Shown here one piece after another: positions 11,876 through 25,073 of a stretch of DNA of 35,427 nucleotides. A model generated the notes under the pieces. The model saw only the letters and a list, made by a program, of their open reading frames with translations, did not search any database and was not told where the DNA came from. Within the stretch, counting starts at the first letter, position 1. Each line of letters opens with the position of its first letter. Source of the DNA: Octopus bimaculoides (taxonomy: Eukaryota); the NCBI RefSeq assembly GCF_001194135.2, contig NC_068986.1, positions 101,340,556 to 101,375,982 of the forward strand. The letters run 5' to 3'. Position numbers and translations under genes: made by a program.

Positions 11876-13493
11876 TTAATTGCTGGTTGTGTGCTAAATC
11901 TGAAATTAATATTTAAATATGTACATGAATACGGGAAATTATTATGTGGGACAATTCTTTATTGGTATTATGCAGGAAAACCTGGCAGAAAAACGTGGAT
12001 ATATTTCGCTTTGCTCGAATTTGCTGCGTAGTCTCTACAAGATCCTTTTAGTGCAGTTTCTCGTGCATCTACTCTCAACAGCTGTCTAGTTTGCTTGCAC
12101 ATTTTCTTGCTTCCCAGTTAGAAACATATGTTCAGTTTACATTACCATTATTTCACCATAATTGGTGAAACTGCGAATAATGGAATAAATATAAGTTACT
12201 GACGGGCTTGTATTTCTGGGAAAAACAAATCTAAATGACTTATCATGGTGTATCTAATTATTTCATAAATGGAAATGCATAATATGAGGTTATAGTAAGC
12301 TTAACTGTGGTCTTAATTCGATTTTCTCTATATTTCTTGGTCTTCATTTGTGGCAAAGTTGAAACCATAACTTCTGCTAATCAGGCAGAATACAGGAACG
12401 GAAGAAAATAAAATGTAGAAAATGATTGCCAAAACGAAACACATTGAAGAGATAATAGATTAAAGTACACAAGTGGCTGTTTATTATTGCTTCTGCCTCA
12501 GTTACTAAATAACAACTTGAAGCAATTTTAGGTGAAATTTAAAGATATTATATTAACTGAAATACTCAAGCAAGTATAAAACGAAAGTAAAAATTGTAAT
12601 AAAAAATTGTATGAATAATATGATAAGTTGTTATGGAGACAAATCAATCAGAATTCATCTAACTACAACAAATCTTCAAATTGTAACAATGTATCTCTTT
12701 TAAGAAATATATTGAAATATCCGCAACCACACCTAAAATGCATAAACAAATATTCTGAAACATAAACATATTTTGTTATTTTTTGCAAACTATATTTAAT
12801 ATATTATGCGCGTTTTTTTGTGGAGAAATGAACTTCACCAAGACTTATTTTCATTAGTCATTCACACAAGCACCGGGCGAATTCTATTCAAAAAATTTCC
12901 ATCAAACATCCTCTCCTTTTTTAATAGAGCAGCTGAAATAACAGAAGAGATCCGTGGAGAGAATTTGCATCTGAATGAATAAAACTGTTAGTGCTTACTG
13001 ATTACTTCTGCCACTTCCGTTTTAAAGTATGAGTAATCATAACATAGAAAACCGAAAGCAACAACTGCAAAAACTAATTATGTATACCACAAACGAAATG
13101 CATTAATTTACTTCATAAGCTTACTGAAGTTCTCACTAATGACAGACTAGCCCCCAAGTGTAAACATAATAAGGGGAAAATGAATATTATTCTTATATTT
13201 GTCTTAAATACAAAACTAACAAAATATTTTATTTAAAAATGCCACATATTATATAGTTAAAAAGTGTGATTATATTGTAATCGATAGCTAAAATCAAATA
13301 GAATAAAACTAGCACGATGGAAACTCAATAAATTCATGCACTTTACGACAGTCATAAAAATGTTCCTAAAATTATTCCTAGTGCTATATATATATATATG
13401 TAAGACAATATATACGTACATAGTATTCATAGGGAAACATATCCATGTTACGTACGTGTAAAACACCTAAATACTACAGCACACACACACACT

Positions 13494-13533
<40 letters not shown>

Positions 13534-14119
13534 AATGAGACATAATTACACATAATTTCATGACGAATATTATCATTGATATAGATGGATATTGATATTA
13601 AAATAAACTGTCTAAATTAGTATACTACAACATGTAGAAATATAGTTATTGCAATCACGAGAAACGGATTAAAAAAGAATTTAGGGAAAGCAAATAACTA
13701 GCATAATTAAAATAGAGAATTAAATAAACGAAACCCTCTTCTGCAACATCGGAAACAAGCATCCTGTATAACGAACTAGTAGAATGAACTTCACAACGCA
13801 AAACAATGCCGGTCATATATGAAGATACGCAACAATATCATTATCAAGCTACCCGAATAAAATTATCTTTTTTGTGAAAAACTATTCAAAACTACATAAG
13901 TGTTCTTCGGTTAAAATATACACTGCCGTAACATTAGTTAACACATTTTGGCCTGTATATGCTTATATTTCTCTAAATATCAGATACAAACTTGATTCAA
14001 CGTTTTTTGGGGGTGAGATACTGAAGAGACGAAAATATGTAACTCAATGTGTTAAGTCCAACGCTAGGCTACACGTATAGCGCAGATTATACTATAAAAT
14101 TGTTTTACAGAAACATAGT

Positions 14120-14309
14120 CGGAAATCTATGGAGGAGGGACTGTCGATTATATCAACCATAGTGCTAGACTGCTACATATTTTAAAGGTCTCCAAATGGG
14201 TGAAAGATTAAGTAAACCTCAGCTGAGTGTGTACACAGAACGTAAGGATGGAGGAAATTACACGAAGCACTTTCTGCCGAGTGTTGACGATTCTGCAAGC
14301 TCGTTGTCT
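14120..14309 (-). mobile_element. tRNA-derived SINE, diverged copy
   Basis: Reverse complement reads AGACAACGAGCTTGCAGAATCGTCAACACTCGGCAGAAAGTGCTT...CTTACGTTCTG...CTGAGG...CTTTCACCCATTTGG...AGCACTATGGTTGATATAATCGACAGTCCCTCCTCC, with the same head and core order as the other copies. Confidence 0.75.
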
Positions 14310-14383
14310 TAAACCACTTTAATAAAACAAAACTATGTATTGATAAAGTGTACTCTAGCGTACTCTTTTTCTGTTATCGTTTG

Positions 14384-14384
<1 letters not shown>

Positions 14385-14470
<86 letters not shown>

Positions 14471-14485
14471 ATTATTATTATTATT
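14385..14485. repeat. (TAT)n(TGT)n(TAT)n compound microsatellite
   Basis: Directly visible; source of the poly-N, poly-L and poly-I ORFs at 14333-14599. Confidence 0.98.
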
Positions 14486-15401
14486 GAGCTTTTCAGCATT
14501 TCTAAGTCGACGTTTGCAGGAAGAAATAAAACATGTGCAATAAAACAAATCGGAAATTTTGAAGATCTAGAATGGAAGGCACGTATCAGTCACTTTTGAT
14601 TGACTATTTTAAACGCTTAATAACAAGCACAAGCTATACAATATTTGCCATGAGACAAATGAATCCGTTATTTCTGGATATCACATCGTCTACAATTGCT
14701 AGTATAACGACATGGCATGTATTTTTTGTGGAATATGACTGTACCACGACATGAGGTGGGGGGATACAAAAAATATAGGAATATACCAAACTCTAGTGTG
14801 GGGTGGGTTTATCCAGATGGATATGGACATAACGTGAACTCTTACATATGAAATTTTAAAACAGTGTATATACTATACCACTATTCAGGTAAATACTTCG
14901 ACCGCTTCCCAGCAATTCCCCACCCCTTTTACATTCGATAAACTGAAATGAGAAGAACTGTTGTATGAGAGTTAGCACAGCGCTAATATTAAATTAGTAA
15001 TATCAACGATAACAAATATCAAGCAAAGAAATGAAACTGTGAAAGGGTTGAAACATATATTCGAAGTACAAGTGATTGCTCTGGAAGAAACATCTCATAC
15101 AATATGCAAGAGCCTGTCAAGCCTATAAAACGGCTCACGCTGTACAGTTTAGGTAGTTCTCTTACATCACGCACACTTTACAATGAATACTTTATTAAAT
15201 AATGCCATTCATAAAATGCTCATCGCCGAAATTGACACTAAACTTTGTAAGAAAAACCTAAATGCAAATGCTCTACGAAATCTCACACCAGTAGAGTAAG
15301 CAAGCATGAAAAGCGAAAGAATGCTAAAGCACAAGCATTTCGAGATGATTACGTAACCAAACTACGGAAGTGTATACAAAACATAAACTCTGCTCACCCA
15401 A

Positions 15402-15622
15402 AGAAACGTTAGCACGCCGGGCGAAATGCTTAGTGGTATTTCATCTGCCGTTACGTTCTGAGTTCAGATTCCACCGAGGTCGACTTTGCATTTCATCCTT
15501 TCGAGGTCTATAAATTAAGTACCAGTTACGTACTGGGGTCGATGTAATCGTCTTTATCCATTTGTCTGTCCTTGTTGGTCCCCTCTATATTTAACCCCTT
15601 GTGGGCATTAAAGAAATAAGAA
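15402..15622 (+). mobile_element. tRNA-derived SINE, well-preserved copy lacking the first ~14 nt of the head
   Basis: AGAAACGTTAGCACGCCGGGCGAAATGCTTAG...GAGTTCAGATTCCACCGAGGTCGACTTTGCATTTCATCCTTTCGAGGTCTATAAATTAAGTACCAGTTACGTACTGGGGTCGATGTAATCG, followed by the tail ...TTGTGGGCATTAAAGAAATAAG. It resembles the abundant octopus tRNA-derived SINEs (possibly OR1/OR2-type; name not verified). Confidence 0.9.
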
Positions 15623-16225
15623 TCATACGTTACAAATGAAGCAATGAATAAAAAAATTAATATCGAAAGCCACAATGCAACATACACAACGAAAATATTG
15701 ATATAATGTATGACCACACTTCCACATTTACAAATGATAATGCTGCACAATTTGTCAATAGTTTGGCCCTGTGACAATATATTATTAAAGATATTAAAAC
15801 GGATTCCATGCAGAATTTCCGATTGCAAGCGATTAAATTACCAAAGTCGATCAGTTTGAGTGCAAGTGGATAAATTCACCACATATATTTGCATTATTAA
15901 AACACGTTCAATCAGAGTAAAGCAAAATCCTTCAGTTGCTAGCAGAAGCGTTCCAACTGTGTAATTTCCTTGTAAAAAACTTATTCACTGAAGTAATGTA
16001 GTCATGTTTATATATGTCATTATTTAAAACTTTTTTGCCAATAGACAAAGTACTGGTTTCTAACCTAGATCCAATGCTCCTTCATTGGAATTTCAGCATC
16101 AAGAGCAGGGTATTCTTGTATGTATGTATGTATGTATGTATGCATGCAAGTATGTTAGCATGTGCATATATATGCATATATTTCTTTATATATATAAATA
16201 TGTATATATATATATATATATATAT

Positions 16226-16887
16226 NNNNNNNNNNNNNNNNNNNNNNNNNNNNNNNNNNNNNNNNNNNNNNNNNNNNNNNNNNNNNNNNNNNNNNNNNNN
16301 NNNNNNNNNNNNNNNNNNNNNNNNNNNNNNNNNNNNNNNNNNNNNNNNNNNNNNNNNNNNNNNNNNNNNNNNNNNNNNNNNNNNNNNNNNNNNNNNNNNN
16401 NNNNNNNNNNNNNNNNNNNNNNNNNNNNNNNNNNNNNNNNNNNNNNNNNNNNNNNNNNNNNNNNNNNNNNNNNNNNNNNNNNNNNNNNNNNNNNNNNNNN
16501 NNNNNNNNNNNNNNNNNNNNNNNNNNNNNNNNNNNNNNNNNNNNNNNNNNNNNNNNNNNNNNNNNNNNNNNNNNNNNNNNNNNNNNNNNNNNNNNNNNNN
16601 NNNNNNNNNNNNNNNNNNNNNNNNNNNNNNNNNNNNNNNNNNNNNNNNNNNNNNNNNNNNNNNNNNNNNNNNNNNNNNNNNNNNNNNNNNNNNNNNNNNN
16701 NNNNNNNNNNNNNNNNNNNNNNNNNNNNNNNNNNNNNNNNNNNNNNNNNNNNNNNNNNNNNNNNNNNNNNNNNNNNNNNNNNNNNNNNNNNNNNNNNNNN
16801 NNNNNNNNNNNNNNNNNNNNNNNNNNNNNNNNNNNNNNNNNNNNNNNNNNNNNNNNNNNNNNNNNNNNNNNNNNNNNNNNNNNNNNN
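16226..16887. other. Assembly gap (662 N)
   Basis: N run; (TA)n on both sides. Confidence 1.
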
Positions 16888-16888
16888 A

Positions 16889-16925
<37 letters not shown>

Positions 16926-17877
16926 AATACTACACACACATGCATATAAGAAAGTAACTGCGTAAAAGTCAATAAAAAGTATATTCCATCGAATGAGAGT
17001 TTCATGTTACTAAACGTTTCTACTAAATGTACTTATCACGCTTCTCATAGTTTCCTGTACATACGTACGTTCCTCAGGCACCAACCGCACTATACTTTAG
17101 TTTATATAGACGAAGAGCTTTCGGCGGTTCTATACTCTTCCTCTAATTAAACGAAATTTATAGGACTACAGTACGATTGGCGCCTGATGAACGTACGCAT
17201 TTACGAGAAACTATTAGTAACATGTGTATTTTAAACGTTTAGTAATACGACTTATAATTGCGCATCGTGAATTGAAATTTGTACTATGAGCTCACGATTT
17301 ATAATTCTCCTGCCTCATTCACAAATGCACGGACAAGAACACGCATGCACACACACACAGGCATACACATGGGTGTCTCTATGTGTGTGTGTGTATGTGT
17401 GTGTGTGTGCGTGTGTGTGTGTGGGAGCATGTACATATTTTTATATGTGTACCTATTTATATACACACCTATCAGTGTGCGTTTGTGTCTCATTTGTTTA
17501 CAGCTTCAATTTAGTCTGGTGTATGCAATTTTCAAAGCATGGTCGTCTACTTACTCGATATAAATCATTTACTTTTGTGATTACATGATTACATTCATCG
17601 CCATAAGCTTCTTTTTTTTCCACTGACTGAAAATTAGTTTCAGAATCTAAATTTGTAATAGTTTCCCATCTTTATCAGCTATCACTGACTCGTCTCTATA
17701 GGTGGGCCATATATTTATGTCTTTATATTCGACTATCTAATTATCTTTCAGATTACAAATTACAGAATCTTTCGGCGATTGACCTAAAGTCGTATATAAA
17801 TATTATACAACCTTTGGCGTTGTATTACGTTTAGGTCCTTCCCAGTATTTATCACTGATTTTTACTAATGATATTGA

Positions 17878-18081
17878 TTTCAAAATACGGCACACGGCCA
17901 GCAACTTCGAGTAGAACGTAAATCGATTACAGGGACCCCATTGTTAAAACTGGTGCTCATTCCATCGACCCGGAAAGTATGAAAAGAAAAGTTGACCACG
18001 GCGGATACAGAACGCGGAGACAGACAAAATGTCACCATGCATTTTATCCGGCGTCTCAACGACACTGTAAGCTCACCGCCT
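17878..18081 (-). mobile_element. tRNA-derived SINE, diverged copy
   Basis: Reverse complement begins GGCGGTGAGCTTACAGTGTCGTTGAGACGCCGGATAAAATGC. It contains TTTCATACTTTCCGGGTCGATGGAATGAGCACCAG and GGGGTCCCTGTAATCGA, and ends in the tail ...GCTGGCCGTGTGCCGTATTTTGAAATC. Confidence 0.82.
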
Positions 18082-19448
18082 TAACTTAACTAATGATATG
18101 GCTAGACATAACATATGAGTAAGCCCGGCACTAGTAAATCGGGATATAACTGCAAGCTTCACAAGATTTTTTTGTCTGCCAAGGTGATAAATTTCTGTAG
18201 AATTGAAGATAACCTCCGTTAAAAATGGATTGCTAAGTGTTGTCGTTTAAACTGTCACATCCGGTAAAACAATTGAGTGTAAAGGACACTGTGCATCTAA
18301 GAGAATATTTCTCGCGTACTTGTTTCTTTTCCCCATCCAAAACATTTGTTAGTCATCTGGAAAATACTTGATGGTTATCTCTAAAGATTGTTAGACAGCA
18401 TAACATTTCCGTCATCGGTTTCTGACGAAATGTTTATTTATTTACTGCTGTTAAACATTATCTTCTTCGACTTTTTCTTTATCATTTTTTTCCAATAGGA
18501 AACTTCTCTGTTCTAGCTAAACTCAAAAAAATTGAAGCTAATCCATTTACATACGGACTTACTGTCTAGAAAATGTAAATACCATTTGAATAGCCATGAA
18601 GGAATAAGGCTTGTTGCAAAAGGCAATAAGGACTAGTTTTTTCACATATTTTCACAATCATGTACAATCCGAACCTACACCGAAAATAGCAACAACAAAA
18701 CTGTATTATTACATCGTTTCATTATGCCTATATCCAAGATCGACAATATTCCCATTTTGTTGCATAAAATTTATTCAAATGTACAGAACTGAATATTTGA
18801 ATAATATACATTTATTTGTGCGTGTATAAGTGTTTGACTGTCAACAGCCTTTTACTCACAGACTTCGTTCATTTTTTTTCTACGTCCTGTATTACCTTTA
18901 ATTTGTTAGATCATAAACGTTCCAGACTGCATTATTTTTTATGATGTTCTTATTTTAAGATTGTATCTTTGCTTGTTCTATCGCTAGGACATTCACTCTT
19001 TGTATCAATGTTTACTTTCTTCTCTTAAGATTTCAGCTCGTACAGCTTTTATAAAATACAGCTATGATCAACCACCGTAGAACTTTGATCATTCATCGTT
19101 TGATGTGACATGGCTATGTGACCTAACATTTCTGCAGCAAAACATGTTGGTTCCTCTATTACCGAGCAAAACCAAACCAGTTTGAATGAAATTATTTGGT
19201 GATAAACAATTAAATGTTCCTTAAATATATCAGACAAGTGGAATTATTTTATGTTTGATCCTGCATTGCATTTCATGCTACAGAAACACGTATGTTATGC
19301 GCATATTTCAAAATATTAGATTTGACATAACATAATTAACAAATAATTACGTGCCCTAAACATAAAACATAAGACTATGACGTGGATTACTGCTTATGTC
19401 AAAAATGAGGAAAAAGCTATATAAAATATTATTTTTTAATCTAGTCTC

Positions 19449-19628
19449 GAGGCCTGAAATTTAGGGGAGGGGGGCATTCGATTACATCGACCCCAGTACA
19501 CAACTGGTACTTAAATTATCGACCCCGAAATGATGAAAGGCAGAGTCACCCTCGGTGGAGTTTGAACTCAGAATGTAAAGACACGAAATACCGCTAAGCA
19601 TGCTAACTTTTCTGCCGGCTCACCGCCC
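19449..19628 (-). mobile_element. tRNA-derived SINE with a short deletion in the head
   Basis: Reverse complement reads GGCGGTGAGCCGGCAGAAAGTTAGCATGCTTAGCGGTATTTCG...GAGTTCAAACTCCACCGAGG...CTTTCATCATTTCGGGGTCGATAATTTAAGTACCAG...CTGGGGTCGATGTAATCGAATGCCCCCCCTCCCCTAAATTTCAGGCC. Confidence 0.9.
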
Positions 19629-20449
19629 TTAAAATATAAAATATTCACTAGATTTCAATCTTCAGTAGCTCACATTCAAGTGTTGCACAGGTCATTGAAT
19701 TCACTATATCTTTGAAAATAGCGTAGAATTTACTTGTATTTTAAATGCATGTAGTCATTCATGCCGTTGCACAATAAATAGTTACCATTATGTCAGTCTA
19801 GCACTTAAATAGAGAATATAATGCGAACCATCTATTAGATGGAAGGCAATGGGAAAAGGTACACGTGATGTGTAAATCAGAGAAGCAAAGGTATTTTGAG
19901 TGAACAATTAAGGAAATATATTTCTAAATATTTTTGAAAGTAAAGGTCTTTCCATGCTTATTAAAGAACAATCCTGGCTACCTGATCAAATAATTCTACT
20001 TCGCAGCAGTATTTCTTTCTCAAGGATGCGTATGTGTGTGCATTTCTGTGATTTTCTGCGATGTGTCCCTGTGTGTATGTATGTTGTGTGGGTGTTGCCT
20101 AAACATAAACGAATGTCAAATAAGTTCACTTGACAACCACGATATCCCGGGATCGATACCACTGCAATAGTTCACGTGAGGTATTTTCTTTTCGCCTAAC
20201 TCGCACTGGCCTTTACTTTTTAAGTGAAACTAGATGTAGGAGAACGCACTTAACTCCGCTGTATAAGAGATTCAAAAGAAAATGCTTGATCACAACCTAT
20301 GTTATCTGTTATATGATAATTCGAATTAGCCACAGATTTTTGTGGAATACTCAGCTTCATTTACATTAATTTACTGCTTGATATAAAATATATACTGCGT
20401 GGACTGTCATTATGTTCCACACAATCATACTAACAAAAATGCAATTTCT

Positions 20450-20799
20450 GTAGTCCAGGGTGGCACACGCAGCCACCTGATAGTAGTAGCCGTCTCTGAT
20501 TTTCTCAAATCACTTTCCGGAAGGCCCCATAAAGCATTTGCTTGTCATATGTTGTTGCCATTTCACATATAGTGTCATTCGTAGCATCTTTGTGTTTCAG
20601 GCATATAGCCCATATGATAAGTTCTTTGTCAACGTCCATTTTGCCCAGCTATGTACTATCTCTGATTCGGTAGTTGCAATGAACCACTTGACGTTTGATT
20701 CGCTTTGCCGCTTTGGAATTCCAGAGCGTCTGTTGTTTGTGACACGCTGTCAACAGTCTTGATGTCTGCTTCCAAATGGCTCACCCAAATATCTAAATC
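20450..20799 (-). mobile_element. RTE-clade LINE, C-terminal RT and post-RT segment (degenerate; stop codons and frameshifts)
   Basis: The minus strand, with frameshifts, reads FRYLG / EADIK / ACHKQQTLWNSK / WFIATTES / KWTLTKNLS..*NTKMLRMTLYVKWQQHMTSK / LYG..KV / QRRLLLSGGCVCHP. This is collinear with the RTE pattern DFKYLG..EKDIK..ACNK..IWKS..F.ATVES..WTLTK...YTRMLR..LN..W..H.TN..LYG.LP...RRL..AGHC.RH. Confidence 0.85.
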
Positions 20800-21000
20800 C
20801 CAGCAGTAGTCATCAGACATCTGGATATCGCAGATGATATAACACTCATATCTGGTGAAAGACATCAAGCGCAACTGTTCAGGAGAATAGAAATATCACC
20901 CGCTAAAATCGGACTACACAAACATGTCAAGAAAACCGAATGCATGTCTTTCAAACATTCAAGTGGCGCTGAAATATTTCCGTTGAGCGGTTACGAACTG
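20797..21000 (+). mobile_element. RTE-clade LINE, RT catalytic-core segment (degenerate), inverted relative to the adjacent 3' segment
   Basis: The frame from 20797 reads IPAVVIRHLDIADDITLISGERHQAQLFRRIEISPAKIGLHKHVKKTECMSFKHSSGAEIFPLSGYEL. This matches the RTE pattern LDFADDIALLS..QAQ.LL..VE..A.KIGL..N.KKTE.M recalled from family knowledge; it was not database-searched. Confidence 0.85.
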
Positions 21001-21055
21001 AATTTATACATATGAATATACAATCATGCATACGCACACACATACCTACCAATAT

Positions 21056-21495
21056 NNNNNNNNNNNNNNNNNNNNNNNNNNNNNNNNNNNNNNNNNNNNN
21101 NNNNNNNNNNNNNNNNNNNNNNNNNNNNNNNNNNNNNNNNNNNNNNNNNNNNNNNNNNNNNNNNNNNNNNNNNNNNNNNNNNNNNNNNNNNNNNNNNNNN
21201 NNNNNNNNNNNNNNNNNNNNNNNNNNNNNNNNNNNNNNNNNNNNNNNNNNNNNNNNNNNNNNNNNNNNNNNNNNNNNNNNNNNNNNNNNNNNNNNNNNNN
21301 NNNNNNNNNNNNNNNNNNNNNNNNNNNNNNNNNNNNNNNNNNNNNNNNNNNNNNNNNNNNNNNNNNNNNNNNNNNNNNNNNNNNNNNNNNNNNNNNNNNN
21401 NNNNNNNNNNNNNNNNNNNNNNNNNNNNNNNNNNNNNNNNNNNNNNNNNNNNNNNNNNNNNNNNNNNNNNNNNNNNNNNNNNNNNNNNNNNNNNN
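21056..21495. other. Assembly gap (440 N)
   Basis: N run; (TA)n on the right side. Confidence 1.
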
Positions 21496-24024
21496 TATAT
21501 ATATATATATATATATCGCTTTTGATGGACGGGGTGATGTTTTTCAATGACCACACGCTGCATTTTATACCCTTATTTTCTTCGAGTTCATGTTCTGAAA
21601 GTGTTCCTAAACTGCTGTGACGACACAATATATATATATACATACATACATAGCTACATATATGGAGTGAAAGAGAAAGAGAGAGAAAGAGTGGAAAAAC
21701 TGAATATATATCGTCGCATGAGATATAAATATATCCCCAGTAACATTAAATCTGATGATTTGAGTCTCAGTGTTGATAATAATAGAAAACACAAGTAGAA
21801 ATGTATAAAAATACGTATGTATGCTTAGTCGTCTAACGTACGTGTCTATATATATATCACTACGTAGGTGGGTATATTTTCTATGTGTGTTTTTATGACT
21901 TCTTAACATTATCTTTAATTCATTTCCTATTTCTCGGCAATTTACAAACCAAATATTTGCCAATCGATATAAACCATAAATGTTTATGTATCTAACTTTA
22001 TTAAATATTTCAATAATTAGTGAACGGGCAATTAGTTTATATATCCAACCGCTATAATCTCTCGTGTCTAATTTTTCACCATAGTTTTGCAACTATCATT
22101 TATTCTTAGTTTTGAATATCATTGCAATCCAACAGCGTATATTTATATATGTCTGTGCAAAAATTCACTTATAAATTCCGTGATGACAATCATAGTTTAT
22201 AGTTCTCTCTCTATCCAAAATACAGTGATTAATTCATAACCAGAGACTGATTTGAGCTGTCATATTCATTTATTTTATATGTTATTTTGTTCTGCGTATC
22301 TTCCTTCGGGAATAATTAAAATATTAAAACTATAATGGTTAAAATCATACTACGCCAGGAACGATGAGGTGAAAATAAAATCGGAAATATGTTGACATGG
22401 TAAGAAGATTTGTTCTAATATAGTTTGATTGATGTTTCTCTTTCAAACATCTTGGTAGAAAAGTGATGTTTTCAATTAACTAAGAATGAATAAAAACAAG
22501 ATGTTGCTTTTTTCCGTTTTACAATGACTACTTTAACACTGAATATGCCGTTACTATTTAAGTGTGCTTATGTTTGTATAACGATATTAAAATTAACTTT
22601 TTATTCCAATCGACATGGCATTTTATCTACTGAGTGCAAGAAATCATATCGAACTGCAATCATTCGCTCAGAAATGAATTTTAAGTGTCATTTGCTAAGA
22701 ACACTTAAAGCAATTTACCAACACGGCTGGATATTCAGCCAGATGTGTCATTTGCTGAAATTCCTGAGGAATGAAATCTAAAGTGTTTCTTGTAAATCTA
22801 ATTAATTTGTGTTCGAATATCGAGACGCAATGCGACCAGTGAATATAGAAGAGTATAAACGGTCTAGAATTGGCGGAAAAAAGAAGAGCGTTGTCGATTG
22901 AATGGAATAAATACTAATCAAGAAAGTAACTTTGTAAAGTAGATTTTGATTGCTTCAGATCCCCTTAATTGATAGAGCAGATCGATTCCAGACGACATAA
23001 AGTGCTAAATAATTACCATAGCAATCAAACACAATAATAGCATAGCACGTTTTTGTTTTCCATTCTGTCATTAAACCTCACAGAGCTCTCTATAGGAAAT
23101 GAGTGTTGTGAAAAATAAAATGAAGAAAAATACAACACACAGGTGTAGATTATATATAATTCCTTACAAGAAAAAATATATAACGAAAATTATTTGGTAC
23201 AATGTAAGGTTTTCGGGAAGATATAAACACGAAATTATTTATGCCATCATAAAACAAAATTTGTCTTATATTTGATTAACGTAAGCAATAATTATTGTTT
23301 ATACTATCCAGCCATATCAGACCACAGTCAAATGTTGTATCAAACTTCGATACTGGTCAATGTTTCCTTCGCTGATTCAGTGATATTTTTCAAACTGCTG
23401 TTTAAATGCCAAAAGAAATCCATACATTGTATAATTAAAACTTGGTGTTAAATGAATACTAATTACTGCCTGAATATACTTGTGCTAACGGTTCCATAAA
23501 TTTCCTTCAGCGTCAATTAAGGAAATGAATTTATGACTACAAATACATTATGGCTCTCTTCTGTTTCAATGTTCCTGGCTGTTATATCGTCGTTTTTTAC
23601 TGCTGTTTGGATAGCGGCGAAATGAAGATAAACTACTTTGGCAATATGAAAATTAACTGAGGAAAACCCACGTAAATTTAACTGAAATATTCATTACCGG
23701 ACAAGATGTTTGGTGTTGTATATATATACAATCAAGAATGTTAATAATTGCCGACTGGAGAGAGAGAAATGCTGTGCCACATTCGCAGAAGTTACGTGAG
23801 ACATTGGACGAATATTAAGTATGGGCCTATACTGCGTAAATATCGAAAACCGTTAACGTGGCAATAACGGGCTGGCACATAGCTCAGCCATTTTCATCAT
23901 AGCTCGACTAATTATAGCACTAAATAGGTTTTAAAGAGAACTACTAAGTTAAAATAAAAAAACGTATGTCCTAACAGCCTCACGCTGATTGCTTAATTAA
24001 ATTCTGATCACTTGAAATTATGGC

Positions 24025-24025
<1 letters not shown>

Positions 24026-24098
<73 letters not shown>
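24026..24098. repeat. (TA)n microsatellite
   Basis: Pure TA run of about 36 units. Confidence 0.98.
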
Positions 24099-24100
<2 letters not shown>

Positions 24101-24163
24101 GAGAATATACAAAAAATAACAACAGACGAGGACAGGTGGTGTAAATAACAAAAGTATATATTA

Positions 24164-24197
<34 letters not shown>

Positions 24198-24661
24198 AGT
24201 CGTAATTGTTTATGCTAGTATCAAGCGAACGCATGTTACTGTTCGCTTTCAGCATCATCTGTGCCTGTTGCGAAATATTCACAAGGCGCCAAAGTTTATG
24301 TGCTTTCCTCTCTTTAATCTTAAGACCTCTATCGTTGTCAAACGTGTACCGCTTCAGCATTTTGTGGGATACCGTGTACCTCCGGTGAAGAATTTGCATT
24401 TGCCATATCTTTAATTTTAAATATGCACGATTTTATTGTTCATAGGCCTTAAATACCCAAAGTTTAAACATATATTTAATCGTTCATTGGTTTAAATATA
24501 CAAGATTTCATAGTTGATAGGCCTTTAGTCGTGCGCCTTGCTGCAATTTCCTCCGTCATCTAACATACTTGAATTCATCGAACAGACAGGTTTCATGCCC
24601 CACATATACACAGACAGATACACACGCAATTACGCTGATACAGTCGCACACACACACACAC

Positions 24662-24696
<35 letters not shown>

Positions 24697-24794
24697 TGTA
24701 TGAATATGAAGAAATGTTTAAGATTTTATGAAGAAATGTGCTTAACTTTACAACTCGGATGTTGTGGACATAGAAGAAGTTGTGAAGTCACTAC

Positions 24795-25005
24795 NNNNNN
24801 NNNNNNNNNNNNNNNNNNNNNNNNNNNNNNNNNNNNNNNNNNNNNNNNNNNNNNNNNNNNNNNNNNNNNNNNNNNNNNNNNNNNNNNNNNNNNNNNNNNN
24901 NNNNNNNNNNNNNNNNNNNNNNNNNNNNNNNNNNNNNNNNNNNNNNNNNNNNNNNNNNNNNNNNNNNNNNNNNNNNNNNNNNNNNNNNNNNNNNNNNNNN
25001 NNNNN
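24795..25005. other. Assembly gap (211 N)
   Basis: N run. Confidence 1.
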
Positions 25006-25073
25006 AAGAAACAAAATGCTTTTTATCTTGGTGCTGCGTGTAAACATAAATGGATGCAAATTTATAGATATAA

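Noticed and set aside
17186-17225. Hammerhead-like CTGATGA...GAAAC with a possible stem II (CGTA/TACG) and GTA site
   Set aside because: Stem II lacks its closing pair (A opposite A), stem III is only 3 bp and no stem I can form.
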